Shown here: positions 41,193-54,155 of the stretch, piece after piece
Position numbering within the stretch: the first letter of the stretch is position 1
Layout of the letters: each line of letters opens with the position of its first letter
Origin: Octopus vulgaris
Taxonomy: Eukaryota
Direction: 5' to 3'
Assembly (NCBI GenBank): GCA_951406725.2
Contig: OX597817.1
Span: 134,664,001-134,728,000 of the forward strand
Length of the DNA stretch: 64,000 nucleotides
Made by a program: the position numbers and the translations under genes
The notes under the pieces: generated by a model
What the model was told of the DNA's origin: nothing
Seen by the model: only the letters and a program-made list of their open reading frames with translations
The model's database searches: none

Positions 41193-42445
41193 TAATTTTC
41201 TTTATTGGCCAAACAGGACAAAACACAGAGGGGGCAAATGTAGAGTTTTCTTTTAGAAAATGAAAAAGTAAAGGGAAAAAGGGAGAAAAAGATGTAAAAT
41301 TCCGATCAAAAGGGATCGGGTGATAAAAAAGACGATCAAAAAGGATCGTGTATCACAGACGAAATTTTAAGATATAAAAAGCAAGATTAGGTTTCTCCGT
41401 GGAAAGAAAAGCTTACGGAAAAGAATACAGTAACCTCAGGCAGGGAGGGAATAAACACATGAGAGCAAAGTGCTCTCTCTCTCTTTTACGATTTACAGGA
41501 TCATGCTCAAAGTGGTTTCGTCACTCGTAGGCACAATCTTTGCTACATTCACCCACCTTTTTTTGAAAATTTCACGAGACGAAACCTGCCTCTCCATTCT
41601 CACATTCCTTTTCAAGTAGTACTTGAAAATGTTGATGAGTGATTGGCCAGAGAGGTAAGTGTTTGTCTCTAATCCTTTCGCTCGGGTCCACCACACACAT
41701 TATTCCACCATGGCCACCAGTGCGATGAAAACTGCCTTGGCTTCCCGGTTGAGGGCAAGGTCCGGAGCAATCTGTGGGACAGACTCGGCCGATAGGCGGA
41801 CTCGTCCCACATGCAACAGCAGCAGTTCGGCATGAGCCCACAGGTCGGAAATGGTTTGACACTGCTCGAATTCGTGCAGAACAGTTTCGGGGCTCTAACC
41901 GCATCTCGGCCAAGTCGGTCCGGTGTGTCTCGAACTGTGCCTGTAGAGGTTATCCCAAGCAAGTAATGTTTCTCGATGGCACTGCCAGGCTAGGGATCTT
42001 TAGTGATTCTCCATAGGTCCCGCCCCGAAAGTTGTCCTGAACAGGCGGGTCAGGTGTCTCTCGTCGACACTCAGATTCTCCCCGAGAACGTCGTCGCACA
42101 TCCCCTCCACTAATCTTCTATAGAACGCCTTTCTTGTAATGAAGTCGCACAAGTTTGCTCCCGGATGGCAGAGTTGCTTGAGAGCAACGTGACACTCGCG
42201 GTGCCATTCGCCTAGCCACGACTGTAGTCCAGCCAAGGAGACGAGCTGCGGAAAAGCGCGCCGCACAAACGGCGACCACACCTGTTCACTGTCCTCTATG
42301 AAGTGCCTTAGATGTCGCAGTCTCAGCGCATGTCTGTGCATCATCAACCACGGCATGCTTAGCCCTCCATTTAACGAGTGTTGACAGCAAATGGATCGCC
42401 TAACCATCGGGCCGCTTCCCTTCCACAAGAAGCGGAAGAGTATGC
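41193..42445 (-). mobile_element. Tx1/L1-clade LINE, 5'-truncated ORF2 3' part
   Basis: WKGSGPMVRRSICCQHSLNGGLSMP (L1-clade GGLG motif). LAWQCHRETL...PTWPRCG*SPETVLHEFEQC is a decayed zf-RVT CCHC. (GATA)n lies on both sides. Confidence 0.8.
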
Positions 42446-42447
42446 GT

Positions 42448-42550
<103 letters not shown>

Positions 42551-43094
42551 TGTTTCTTTATTAGCCACACAGGGCTGCACACAGACGGGACAAATTACAA
42601 GGTAGAGCTTTTCTTTTGGGGGATAAAAAAAGGGGGTTTGGTTTTCGATCAAAAGGGATCGTAAAAGGAAAGAAAGAAACAGGAAAGCAAAAAAAGGAGT
42701 GGGGGGATAAAAAATAAAAGGAAAAAGAAAAATTGATCAATAGGGATCATTATCACAGAAATGTCAATAAAAGTGTAAAGGGGAGGACAGGTCAGGTTTA
42801 TACGTGGAAAGAAAAGCCTACGGAAAAGACCACGGTGATCTCGGTCAATGAAGTCACATGTTATATTTTTTTACAAATAAGCAACTCTCTGTATTAATTT
42901 TTACGGTTCATAGGATCATAGTCATTCATACGTGCCATCCTTGCTACATTCACCCATCTTTTTTTTAAAACATTCACTAGACAAAACTTGCCTCTCTACT
43001 CTCACTTTCCTCTTCAAGTGATACTTGAAGAAGTTGATGAGAGATTGACCAGAGAGGAAAGTGTTTGCCTCTAATCCTTTCAGGCGCGTCCACC

Positions 43095-43095
<1 letters not shown>
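42551..43095 (-). mobile_element. Tx1/L1-clade LINE, short 3' copy of the same family
   Basis: WWTRLKGLEANTFLSGQSLINFFKYHLKRKVRVERQV matches ORF 41493-41696. Same 3' UTR; (GATA)n on both sides. Confidence 0.8.
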
Positions 43096-43179
<84 letters not shown>

Positions 43180-43568
43180 TGTATATGTAAAATTGCGTGA
43201 TATATATAATTTCAACGCAGCACATTTTACTGCCGATCAAAATGATCAGTAAAAGCAGATAACATGTTGAACTATATGTAAGGCGCTGAGAGTAGTCCAA
43301 CTTGTGGAAACAGGACTTTCAATTTCCTTCGTTACCGGTCTTCAGAAAGAAACCGGGCTTTCACTGCTCGATATTACTGAAATAAATAGAATACTGTTTG
43401 AAACAAATCGAGAGGGAAATCATAAAAAATCTATTTGTTAACGTAAAAAAATCACCATAGATCTCAAATGTGTCTATGTACAGGCATACATACATACATA
43501 TATAAATACATACATACATACATACATACATGCATACATACATACATATATATACGTGTGTGTATGTG

Positions 43569-43628
<60 letters not shown>

Positions 43629-43673
43629 AGGATATTTTCAGCATGGCGGTATCTCGTAGATACCCTGAGTTAA

Positions 43674-43750
<77 letters not shown>

Positions 43751-43789
43751 AGATAGGGGTACGTTACGCCGCAATAATATATGTATAGA

Positions 43790-44345
43790 AATTAAATATA
43801 AATTATAAATTACAAAGTGGGACAAGAACGCAAAAATACACAATGAGACGACACTAAAAACAGACGGGACACTCGAAGCCTCTAATCTTCAGTCGGGAAT
43901 CGGATCATCTTAGCAATTTCGGTTGTTTAATCTCGATATCGCTCCGATCCAGCCAGCCCCAAAGAAAAACTAAGCCACGAGCATTAGATTTCTTGGAAAG
44001 AGGATCGAATGTATACGAAACTAGGACAGGATGCCACACGAATATAAATACAAGAAACAAAAAATAGAAATAAAAAAACAAGAATAGTAAACAGGACAAA
44101 AACAGCGGGTGTCTTACGACTTCAGACAATTTTTAACTTATCTTGGCTGGCGTATTTGAAAAATGCCTTTGCGGCAGACGAAAACAACAATGTTAACATG
44201 GGAGCGGTCGAACCGGAAAGACCAGTTTGAAGGCGGTCACGTGAGAGCACGGGAGAAAGAGAAAGAAAGGCAGGGGGCAAGGAATCAAAGAGAGAGAGAA
44301 AGAAAGAAAGGGACGAAGGCACCAGGGGGGAGAGAGAGAGAAGGA
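43790..44345. mobile_element. Unclassified (TA)n-flanked interspersed repeat, possibly PLE-related
   Basis: Discrete non-coding block bounded by (TA)n tracts. No canonical ribozyme or ORF found. Confidence 0.3.
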
Positions 44346-44354
44346 AGGAATTAA

Positions 44355-44421
<67 letters not shown>

Positions 44422-44503
44422 GGTCTCGAGTTGAGTCGGGGTTAACCACAGTAAATAAGGTACTCAATACATAGCAGAGTAAATTAATTTATTTTATAGA
44501 AGG

Positions 44504-44554
44504 AGCTTCTACAGGACTAGAACTGTTTCATTCAAATGAAATCATCAGGAAGCT
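44504..44554 (-). ncRNA. Type I hammerhead ribozyme
   Basis: AGCTTC-CTGATGA-TTTCATTTGAAT-GAA-ACAG-TTCTAGTC-CTGT-A-GAAGCT. 6-bp stem I, 4-bp stem III, GUA triplet, U.U at the base of stem II. Confidence 0.8.
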
Positions 44555-44600
44555 TCCTGATGATTTCATTTGAATGAAACAGTTCTAGTCCTGTAGAACT
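44551..44600 (+). ncRNA. Type I hammerhead ribozyme (mirror copy)
   Basis: Same motif on the plus strand; stem I is weakened by a 1-nt deletion (GAACT). Confidence 0.7.
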
Positions 44601-44611
44601 CCTTCTATAAA

Positions 44612-44665
<54 letters not shown>

Positions 44666-45104
44666 GCACACACACGTACGTGTGTGTGTGTTAGTTTGCA
44701 TGTGTGTGCATATATATATTTAATTGATGTTCTTTTAGATTAAGAGGACATGGTAGGCTTTTTTTGTTTAATCTGATCTTTGTGATGGTTTATAGCGCAG
44801 AGACGTTGGATGCGAAGCGTTTATCATGGCGTTGAAGTCGACAATGACGATGATCGCCATATTGATAATCATCGTACTCATCATGACGATAATGATGCTG
44901 ACAGTAATTGTGGCGGCTGTGTAGTTGGTGGTGGTGGGGATTTGTTGTTGTTGTTGTTCTCTTTCTTGGTGGTGGTGGTGGTGGTGGTGGTGCTGCTGCT
45001 GCTGCTGGTATTGCTGCCAGTTCTTTGTGACGGACGTTGTGACAGGAGTTGGGTTAAGTGAAACCTGGTGTCAATTGCATCGATTGGATTCGAAGAATCA
45101 GTTA

Positions 45105-45106
<2 letters not shown>

Positions 45107-45147
<41 letters not shown>

Positions 45148-45216
45148 CGCAGCAGTAGTAGTAGTAGTATTAGTATTAGTATTAGTATTAGTAGTAATAG
45201 TAGTAGTAGTAGCGCT

Positions 45217-45248
<32 letters not shown>

Positions 45249-45270
45249 TAGTTGTTGTAGTAGCAGCAGT

Positions 45271-45319
<49 letters not shown>

Positions 45320-45343
45320 ATAGTAGTAGTAGTAGTAGTAGTA
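45107..45343. repeat. Compound (GTA)n/(GCA)n tract
   Basis: Directly visible. Confidence 0.95.
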
Positions 45344-46468
45344 ATTGTTAGAGATGGGGAGGAAAAGTGGAGATTGTGGGAGGTGGTGTAATTGCGATTA
45401 CAGTGAGAGATGTCCACGTGCGACAGTTCCGCTGGACAGGATCTCAATGAGATATCAGAAAAGACACGGGGGGAGTGTGTGGGTGTGGAGGTTGAGTGAG
45501 ATAGGGAAAGAGATGGAGAAGGCGAGGAGAGCGATCGAAGAGAGAGAGGAATGTCTTTGTGGAGGAATTGTGAGAGAATGACGAGAGAGAAATATATGTT
45601 TCTCTCTGTCATTCAGTCTGTCTGTTTGTCTTCCTCTCTTCTTTGCTCGCCATCGGTGTGAATGTGTGTGTGTGTATGTTGTGTGCAAGTGCGTGTGTAT
45701 GGTGTGTGAATGTGTGAATGTGTGTCTGTGCGTGTGTGCATGTGTGAAAGCATAGGTGCGCGTGTGTGCATGTGTGTTGTGTGTGTGTGCGCGTGTGTGT
45801 GTGCGTGTGTGTGCGCGCGTGTGTGTGTGTGTGTGTTGTGTGCAAGTGCGTGTGTCTGCATGTGAGTGTGTGCATGTTGTGTGAATGCGTGTGTATGTGC
45901 GTGAGTATATATGATTGTGTGTTTGTGTGCGTGTATGTGTTGGTATGTTTCTGTGTGTGTCTGTGTGTGTTATGGAAAACCCAGCGGGTGACAATTTAGT
46001 CGTGTAAAAACATTAGAAGCGCTGGCGGTACATTCGTCTTGTAATTAAGATCACTGTTGATGCAGAGATGCAACGAATTGAAATAAGACATTATAGAAAT
46101 AGGAAAGTGGAGAGGTTGGAAAGCCATAGGAGTGAAAGAGGGAGGGAGGGAGGGAGGGAGAGGGAGGTAGAGGAAGTGTGTGGGTGCGCGCGCGTTTAAA
46201 TGAGAAGGTAATGGTATACATGGAAGATAAAAGAGGAAGACGAGACAAAAGACGACCAGCAGCAGGATGCAAAACAGATTCGTGGCGAGAGAGAGAGAGA
46301 GAGAGAGTGAGAGAGACAGAGAGTGAGAGTGTGAGAGAGTGTGAGAGGAAGTGCATGTCTATGTGTCTGTCTGTTAACAGAAATATTGAATTTCATAAAT
46401 GCTATATATGTGTGTGTGTGTGTATCTATGTATGTACGTTTAAATATATATATATAGAGAGAGAGAGA

Positions 46469-46918
46469 GGTTTGTGGCTGTGTGGTAAGTAGCTTGCTTA
46501 CCAACCAATATGTTTCTGGGTTCAAGCCCACTGCGTGGCATCTTGGGCAACTGTCTTCTACTATAGCCTCAGGCCGACCAGAGACTTGTGGGTGGATTTG
46601 GTAGAGTGAAAATGAAAGAAGCCCGTTGTATATATGTATATATATGTGCATGTGTGTGTGTATGTGAGCTTGTGTGCTTGTGTGTGTGTATGTGTGTGTT
46701 TGTGTGTCTGTGTTTGTCCCTCCTCCATGGCTTGACAACCGATGCTGCTGTGTGTTACGTCCCCGGGACTTAGCGGCTCGGTATAGAGATCCGATAGAAT
46801 AAGTGCTAGGCTTGTAAAGAATAAATTCTGGGGTCGATTTGTTTGATTAAAGGCGGTGCTCCAGCATGGCCACAGTCAAATGACTGAAGCAAATAAGAGA
46901 ATAAAAATAAGAATAAAA
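46469..46918 (+). mobile_element. SINE family A, full length (reference copy)
   Basis: tRNA-like head GTGGCTGTGTGGTAAG...GGGTTCAAGCCC, internal (TG)n, 3' AAGGCGGTGCTCCAGCATGGCCACAGTCAAATGACTGAA and AT-rich tail. About ten related copies lie in the window. Confidence 0.9.
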
Positions 46919-46924
46919 CTATAT

Positions 46925-46968
<44 letters not shown>

Positions 46969-47067
46969 GAAGGAATGGAGGACACAAAAAATGAAATTCA
47001 CGAGAATCTGTTATTCAACACAACGATCGTATAGACGGATCTGGTATGGGTCCCTTGCAGGTGGGAT

Positions 47068-47121
47068 ACTATGCAACAGGTTGCGTTGCATCCTTCGGGG
47101 CAGACGCATCTCGTCAGGAGT
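47068..47121 (-). ncRNA. Degenerate hammerhead remnant
   Basis: ACTC-CTGACGA-GATGCGTC...GATGCAAC-GCAA-CCTGTTG-CA-TAGT. Stem II is well paired; GAAA and UH are mutated. Confidence 0.45.
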
Positions 47122-47395
47122 CTCGACTTAAAGATATCTCGTTCAATCAGAATTCTCGTGAATTCCTTTTTCCTTTCCCTCATTCATAAACTCAACGAAC
47201 ACTGCCTAATCCTTTACCTACATCAGAGATATATCGAAATTGTGGATGACATTATGTAGCCATTGACAGTCAGTGAAAGTGTTATAATCGCCAGCTGTAT
47301 ATCCAGCGTATAAATAATTATATATATATAAACACATACATGTATATATCTTTAAATATTTAAACATACATACATATATACATATATATGTGTCC

Positions 47396-47462
<67 letters not shown>

Positions 47463-47581
47463 CCAGGTCCTCGCGTCGTTGTATTTTCTCTTTGTGTTTT
47501 CAAGTGAAGTTGTAAGGTACCGCACGGGTGGAAATATATATGAAAGAAGGTTTGAAAAGGCAATTTATTAAAGATGTTTTT

Positions 47582-47627
47582 TCACTTGACCGGTTTCACT
47601 TTTTTAGAAAAAGATTGTCAAAAGTAA
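47582..47627 (-). ncRNA. Degenerate hammerhead remnant
   Basis: TTACTT-TTGACAA-TCTTTTTCTAAAAAAGT-GAAA-CCGG-TC-AAGTGA. All three stems are present, with palindromic ACCGGT; two core substitutions. Confidence 0.6.
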
Positions 47628-47809
47628 CATGTAAAAGCTTTGTTGTGTTAAGTACTGGTCGTCACAAAATATTGCACTACATATATACATTCTTTGATAA
47701 TGATAAAAACATGTTAAAAGCAGTTTACAAGGAAAAATCTTGGAAAAATATAAAAAAGTTCATTAAAATATTCGGCACAAAAAGTTGCAATACTTATATA
47801 CATTCTTTG

Positions 47810-47881
<72 letters not shown>

Positions 47882-48182
47882 TGTTAAAAACAGTTTACAG
47901 AAAAAGTTTTTTGAGAAATTATTAACAAGTTCATAAAACCTATTAGGATTTCATTAAAAATCATGTTTGTTTGTAAATATCTATATATATATACACAGAA
48001 AATTATAAGTTCAAAAAGGTCGTATTTTGGTAGTATATATATACACAGAAAGAAAAATATTTAGTTTACAAAAAAATTGGGATGAACTTACCTGTTTCAC
48101 CATTTTATCGTAAAAGACTATTTTCTATTTCAAGGGACAGTTTAGGAGGTGTGTTTGGGTGGGGGTAAAGAAATTTCCCCAA

Positions 48183-48228
48183 GACACCTGATAAATGTTG
48201 GAGGGTATATCAGCCGAAACGTTGTGTT
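48183..48228 (+). ncRNA. Minimal hammerhead remnant
   Basis: GACAC-CTGATAA-ATGTTGG...TCAGCC-GAAA-CG-TT-GTGTT. Stem III is reduced to the palindrome ACGT; one core substitution. Confidence 0.6.
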
Positions 48229-48324
48229 AACAACAAACAAGATGAGGATAAATATGGGTCAAATGTAAATAAATTCAATATTGTGAATAATGTATAAGAT
48301 CTATAATCAAATACAATGAATCCC

Positions 48325-48600
48325 CAAAGTATCAGAAATATAACAAACTGTTCATATGAGTACAGCCCACATACTTAAAAAAATCATTGTTATCCTGAGA
48401 ATATTTGAGCTTTGCAAAATCTTTCAAATTTGCAAATATTACAGTAAATTTAACTTGAAATCTAAATCGTGTGTAACTGGCCCCTTTTCTCTGAAATATA
48501 TCATTGCTGATCTTAGATAACACCCACAATAAAATACCCAACTTGCTGTTCCTTGAGATTGTTGAGTGAGTCTTGGAAGAGCTCCGACAAAACAATGCAA
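48325..48600 (+). mobile_element. Old R4/Dong-type 3' fragment
   Basis: EI*QTVHMSTAHILKK matches the Dong terminal motif. CCTTGAG...GTGAGTCTTGGA resembles the 3' UTR at 58015-58045. Confidence 0.5.
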
Positions 48601-48994
48601 TAACAACGAAGACAGTGAAAAACGTAACAAAACCTAGAACAACTATGATAGATAGTATATAGTCTAATAATATGTATGAAAACAGTGTTGCTATTATAAG
48701 AAATTATCAATATGTTTGTTATTATTGTTGTTGTTGTTGTTTTTGCTGCTGTATAAACATTTGAGTGCAATAATAGACATCGATAAAATATTAAGATATG
48801 ACAGCCTTAAGATATTTTTACAGTTGCTTATTTGGTTTTATATTTGTTTGGATATGTTTTTAGTGCTATGTAGTGAAACATATTTATGTAGCGGAATAGT
48901 ATATAGGTTTTGGAGTCAGTCCAAAACATCCATGCTTCAACGATATGTTGCTTTATGCCTCGCTGCTTAAACTGTTCCAATATTTTTCTGCATT

Positions 48995-49208
48995 AAGGCG
49001 GCGAACTGGCAGAAATGGTAGCACGCCGTGCGAAATGCGTAGCGTTATATCGTCTGTTTTTACGTTCTGAGTTCAAATTCCGTCGAGATCGACTTTGCAT
49101 TTCATCCTTTCGGGGTCGATAAATTAAGTACCAGTTGCGTACTCGGAGCGATCTAATCGACTGGCCCCCCCTCCCCAAAAATTTCGAGCTTTGTGCCTAG
49201 AGTAGAAA
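48995..49208 (+). mobile_element. SINE family B, full length (reference copy)
   Basis: GGCGGCGAACTGGCAGAAATGGTAGC (A box) ... GAGTTCAAATTC (B box) ... TTTCATCCTTTCGGGGTCGATAAATTAAGTACCAG. Confidence 0.88.
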
Positions 49209-49275
49209 ATAATATTTATCTGCATTAGCTATTTTGACTGTTCTTTTACATACTAGATTGTTATTACCATTGATA

Positions 49276-49310
<35 letters not shown>

Positions 49311-49544
49311 ACTGCCACTGCTGCTGCTGATGATGATACTGCTGTCGCTGTCGCTATTCCTTATAAGAATAATAAGGTTACATTTTCGGTCGTTGCTACA
49401 CTCTTTCGGGTTTGCCTGTTGTTAGAGTGTTCGAAATGCCTTCGTCGGTATTACGGTGGTGTTGGTTGTTATTAATATTCAATAGATAAGCGAAACAGGC
49501 GTAACAACCGATTTCTGCCTTCCCACACCCCGAATTTGGATGAT

Positions 49545-49805
49545 CATAACTTTCAGAAAAATGAGAATTTTTAAATTAACTTTTTTACAAATATGTGTTA
49601 TATCACATAGATTCCGAATATACAAAACTTCTGGGGAAAGTCTTTTAGGAGGAAGTGGGGTGGGATGGTGAATTTCGAAAAGTTCACCGGAGTCTAATTC
49701 AATTCGTCTTAACTTTCAAGAAAATGGATATTTTTAGATGAAATTCTCTACAAATATATCTCGGACTATGTAGATTCCGAGGACACAGAAATGTCTAGGA
49801 AAAAC
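49545..49805. repeat. Two diverged ~160-bp tandem units (possibly Helitron/Helentron-internal)
   Basis: TAACTTTCA(A)GAAAATG...TTTTTA...ACAAATAT...TAGATTCCGA occurs near 49547 and 49710. The classification is inference. Confidence 0.5.
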
Positions 49806-50147
49806 AATTGGGGGTTATTTTTGAGAACTGTTTCCCACTTGGGGATGTTACGGAACAAGTCGTCCATATTTGTTTCCTTTTCTCCGTTTCCACGGAGAAA
49901 TTTGAACTCAGGATCTCTGGGGATGTAACTAAGTACCACGTTTGAGACAACTCTCAAATACTGTATTTCTCCGCTGTTTTAGTCTATGAACCCTTTCTGA
50001 TTCCTGCTTTATTCTTCTGGACCCTCATTGCCATTCGATATTTTAAAACATCCCATTGTATTCTATGAAGCAAATATTATTGTGAACTGTATGAAAAAAA
50101 TTTGAAAATAATTTGTCTATTGCAGAAGTATATCCTTGTTTATTGTG

Positions 50148-50310
50148 GCTGGTGTGTTTTCGACCCCCGTAACATAGCGGTTCGGCAAAAGAGGACATAT
50201 AGAATAAGTACTAGGCTTACAAACATTTAAGTACTTCTGTCGATGTGTTCGATTAAAGGCGGTGCTCCAGCATGGCAGCAGTCAAAATGACTGAAACAAA
50301 TAAACGAATA
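50148..50310 (+). mobile_element. SINE family A, 3' half
   Basis: CCCCGTAACATAGCGGTTCGGCAAAAG...AAAGGCGGTGCTCCAGCATGGC. Confidence 0.8.
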
Positions 50311-50647
50311 ATGCCATCAAATCCCTACGAGAGAAGCAACTCTAATTTCATTACGAAATAACGTCAATACATGAAGCAGTTCTTTTGCCCTTCCATTTGA
50401 CGCTTATACGATAGCTGTTGGAATTTGCTTCAATTATTAGGCTTGTTAAGTTGACGACAATCTACATCCGCCATCGTTCAATTTAACTATTATATTCTTT
50501 CCCAAACCAATATTAGAACCTATAAATATTAGAAATATTACCTCAGCTAATATCTCAAAGTTGGGCTTGTTTACAATATATCAAGAATCCCTCCCTCTTT
50601 CTTTCTCGCTCTTTCACTCCTTCTCTCCTTCTTTCTGTCTGTCTGTC

Positions 50648-50689
<42 letters not shown>

Positions 50690-50755
50690 TGTCTCTCATT
50701 CACTCGTTCACTTATGTATATAACATACATATTCTATGTGTATGTGTCTGTATAC

Positions 50756-50803
<48 letters not shown>

Positions 50804-50977
50804 TTATATATATGTATATATATATACATAAATATATTCACGCACATAAAAAGGAAAATGCTTATATGGAAGACATATATACGTATATATACATCATATA
50901 CACACATATATATATATATATATATATATTTAAAAAATTGTATATACACATAGACATATACTTTTGCGTCTCTCTCT

Positions 50978-51013
<36 letters not shown>

Positions 51014-51014
51014 G

Positions 51015-51052
<38 letters not shown>

Positions 51053-51087
51053 TAGATAGATAGATAGATAGTTAGATATAGATATAC

Positions 51088-51120
<33 letters not shown>

Positions 51121-51158
51121 CACATAAATATACATATAAATATATATACATAAATATA

Positions 51159-51223
<65 letters not shown>

Positions 51224-51286
51224 TCAAATATTTATATATGCAAAACATTTTGGTATCTATCAATCTCAATGTAAATATATATATAT

Positions 51287-51356
<70 letters not shown>

Positions 51357-51474
51357 GTATATTTACATATATATGTATATAAATGTCTATGTGCGAGTGT
51401 GTATGTTTGCATGTATGTATACCACGTGTTATATTGCTATAATACATCAAAATCTGTATACATATGATTGCTAT

Positions 51475-51526
<52 letters not shown>

Positions 51527-52434
51527 TGTTGTTGTTTGATATACTTAGCTCTAATATGTTTACTGAGAAACATTTATTGGGGAACATTTATGGTGCACTA
51601 TTTTTTTCTTATTTATTTACTTCCTTGCTTTCTTGTCACATTTATCAGAATAAAAATATATTTCCAAAATATTAACATTGTTATTCTCTTCTTCCAGCTT
51701 TGAGGTGTCTTCGAAGACAAAGTGTATTTTAAAATTGTTTACACATCCGTTTATGTGTCAGAGCTGAAATGTTGTCTTAAGGTAGACGTGACTGCGACAG
51801 CCATAAACAAAGGAGAGTTTAATATATGTGATACACTTTCGTCAATGGCTGTCGATGGAAAAAAGCAGATATTGTCTGCTATTTCACCAGTATTACTTTT
51901 TCACTTCGTTGTCAGAGAAGCAAAGCAGCGACCTTGAGACTTTTACAGACGCACACTTAGATTTGTCATGAGCGCTACAACTGTGCTTCCATGACTGAAG
52001 ATACAACACTCCCCCGCAATCTGAATACGAAGCCGGTCAGTCGAAGGGTTCACTTCCCAACTATTGCTGAACCCATTTGCAACTGAGTACAACGTCAAGA
52101 GCCCAACACATCACCCTGTCCTCAAATCGAGACCACTACCTTACAATCAGAAATGCAACATAAATATCCTTACCACTTGTCTAAACGTCTGCATCGATCA
52201 TTTAAAAGAACATTTCTAAAACCCTCATGCACGTTGGTATAGACGAAACTGACGCGGTAACTCTAATGCTTGTATTATCTTCTGCCCATAAACCCAGAAG
52301 GAAAGCTTGAAGCAGTCTGGGGTTTACTAAAGAAAACAAGAGTTTGCTGGAGTTCTTAAGGATAGTAACATATTAAATCTACCACACAGGTACATGGGTT
52401 CTCATTCCTAAGGTATTTTTCGATGTTGTTGTTG

Positions 52435-52525
<91 letters not shown>

Positions 52526-52527
<2 letters not shown>

Positions 52528-52738
52528 TTCAGGTCACTGCCTGGAATCGAACTAGTTGCCTGCAGTCTTAACCACTACGCCATATGCTCCTGGGCAATTA
52601 TGGAGTAAATTTGAAGGCTTATAAATCTAATGAAAAAATTATTAGATTTATAAGCCCTAAAATTCACTCTATAATTCCCTACGGGCATATGGCGTAGTTG
52701 TTAAGGGCGCAGGCAACTAGTTCGATTCCAGGCAATGA

Positions 52739-52745
<7 letters not shown>
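52526..52745. mobile_element. Fold-back element made of two outward-facing tRNA-like halves
   Basis: 52526-52631 is the imperfect reverse complement of 52641-52745. Each arm has TGGCGTAGT(T/G)GTTAAG and GTTCGATTCC, reading into (AAT)n-type repeats. Confidence 0.75.
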
Positions 52746-52829
<84 letters not shown>

Positions 52830-52830
52830 T

Positions 52831-54122
52831 GTATTATTTGTACATTTACAATGTACAAAGCATTTACTACAGGAATATCTCAAAGATTGAACAAGCACCT
52901 GGACGAAAACAACCTGTTTCCAGAAAGGATGCCGCAAAGGCTCATATGACTGTAATGATCAACTAATGATCAATAAAGCCATAACTGAAGACAGCCACAG
53001 AAAGAAGAAAGGCCTCAGAATGGCCTGGATCGACTACAGAAAGGCGTTTGATAGCATCCCCACACATGGATCCTCGAAATACTAGCCATTAACAAAGTAG
53101 CACCAACAATTATAAAATACATAGGACACTCTATGAATAAATGGCAAACAGTGCTACAGCTCCAATCAAAAGAGGGACTCGTGAAAACCAAAGCCATCCC
53201 CATTAGAAGAGGAATATTCCAGGGAGACACGCTCTCTCCACTTCTTTTCCGCTTGGCACTGTCCCCTCTATCTGATATGCTAAATAGAACTGGATGCGGA
53301 TATAAATGTTACGGCAAAACGATCAGCCACTTTTTATATATGGATGACCTAAAACTATACGCTACAAATGACAAACAGCTGGAAACACTACTAAAGACAG
53401 TTCATGTATTTACCAAAGAAATAGATATGAAATTTGGATTAGAAAAATGCGCCAAAGTAACCATGAAAAGAGGAAAACTAGTTAAGAGTAGCAACATCAC
53501 ACTAGATAAAACCAATGAAATAAAAGAATTTGACCAAAGCCAAACTTACAAATACTTAGGAATCCATGAACTAGATAAGACACAACACACACAAATGAAA
53601 GAGAAAATAAAGAAAGAATACTATAGACGAGTTAGATCAATACTAAAAACAGAGCTCAATGCTAAAACAAGATAATAGGTATTAACACTTTAGCCGTCCC
53701 AGTTATAAGTTACAGCTACAATATCCTTAACTGGACACTAAATGAACTGACCAAAATAGATAGAAAAACAAGAAAAATAATGACAGGATCTAGGATGCAT
53801 CACCCAAAATCTGACATAGAAAGGCTATATATACAACGTATAGAAGGTGATAGAGGCCTTATACAGCTGGAAAACTACGATAAAATAACCACCATAAGAC
53901 TGCAAAGATATCTACTTCAGAAGGAAGGAAAACTGATACAAATAGCGGCAAAACACCAGCAAAACAAAACAACTGTTCTCAGTATTTAAGGAAGCTGACA
54001 AATACAAACAAATCATACCACCTAACAAATATGAAGAAGAAGAAGAAGAAGAAGAAGAAGAAGAAGAAGAAGAAGAAGAAGAAGAAGAAGAAGAAGAAGA
54101 AGAAGAAGAAGAAGAAGAAGAA

Positions 54123-54155
<33 letters not shown>

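Larger units (their letters stand above)
44419..44617 (-). mobile_element. (TA)n-inserted PLE-like unit forming a 131-bp palindrome
   Basis: 44487-44552 and 44553-44617 are reverse complements except for one deleted base, centred on GGAAG|CTTCC. (TA)n lies on both sides. Confidence 0.8.

Noticed and set aside
43290-43350. Hammerhead (CTGAAGA...GAAA, minus strand)
   Set aside because: No credible stem I or stem II.
43860-43925. Hammerhead in the TA-flanked repeat
   Set aside because: CTGAAGA is present, but there is no correctly placed GAAA/UH with paired stems.
44881-45612. 243-aa Thr/Ser-rich mucin-like ORF
   Set aside because: Dominated by (ACT)n/(GCT)n with no domain or splice support; it could be UTR.
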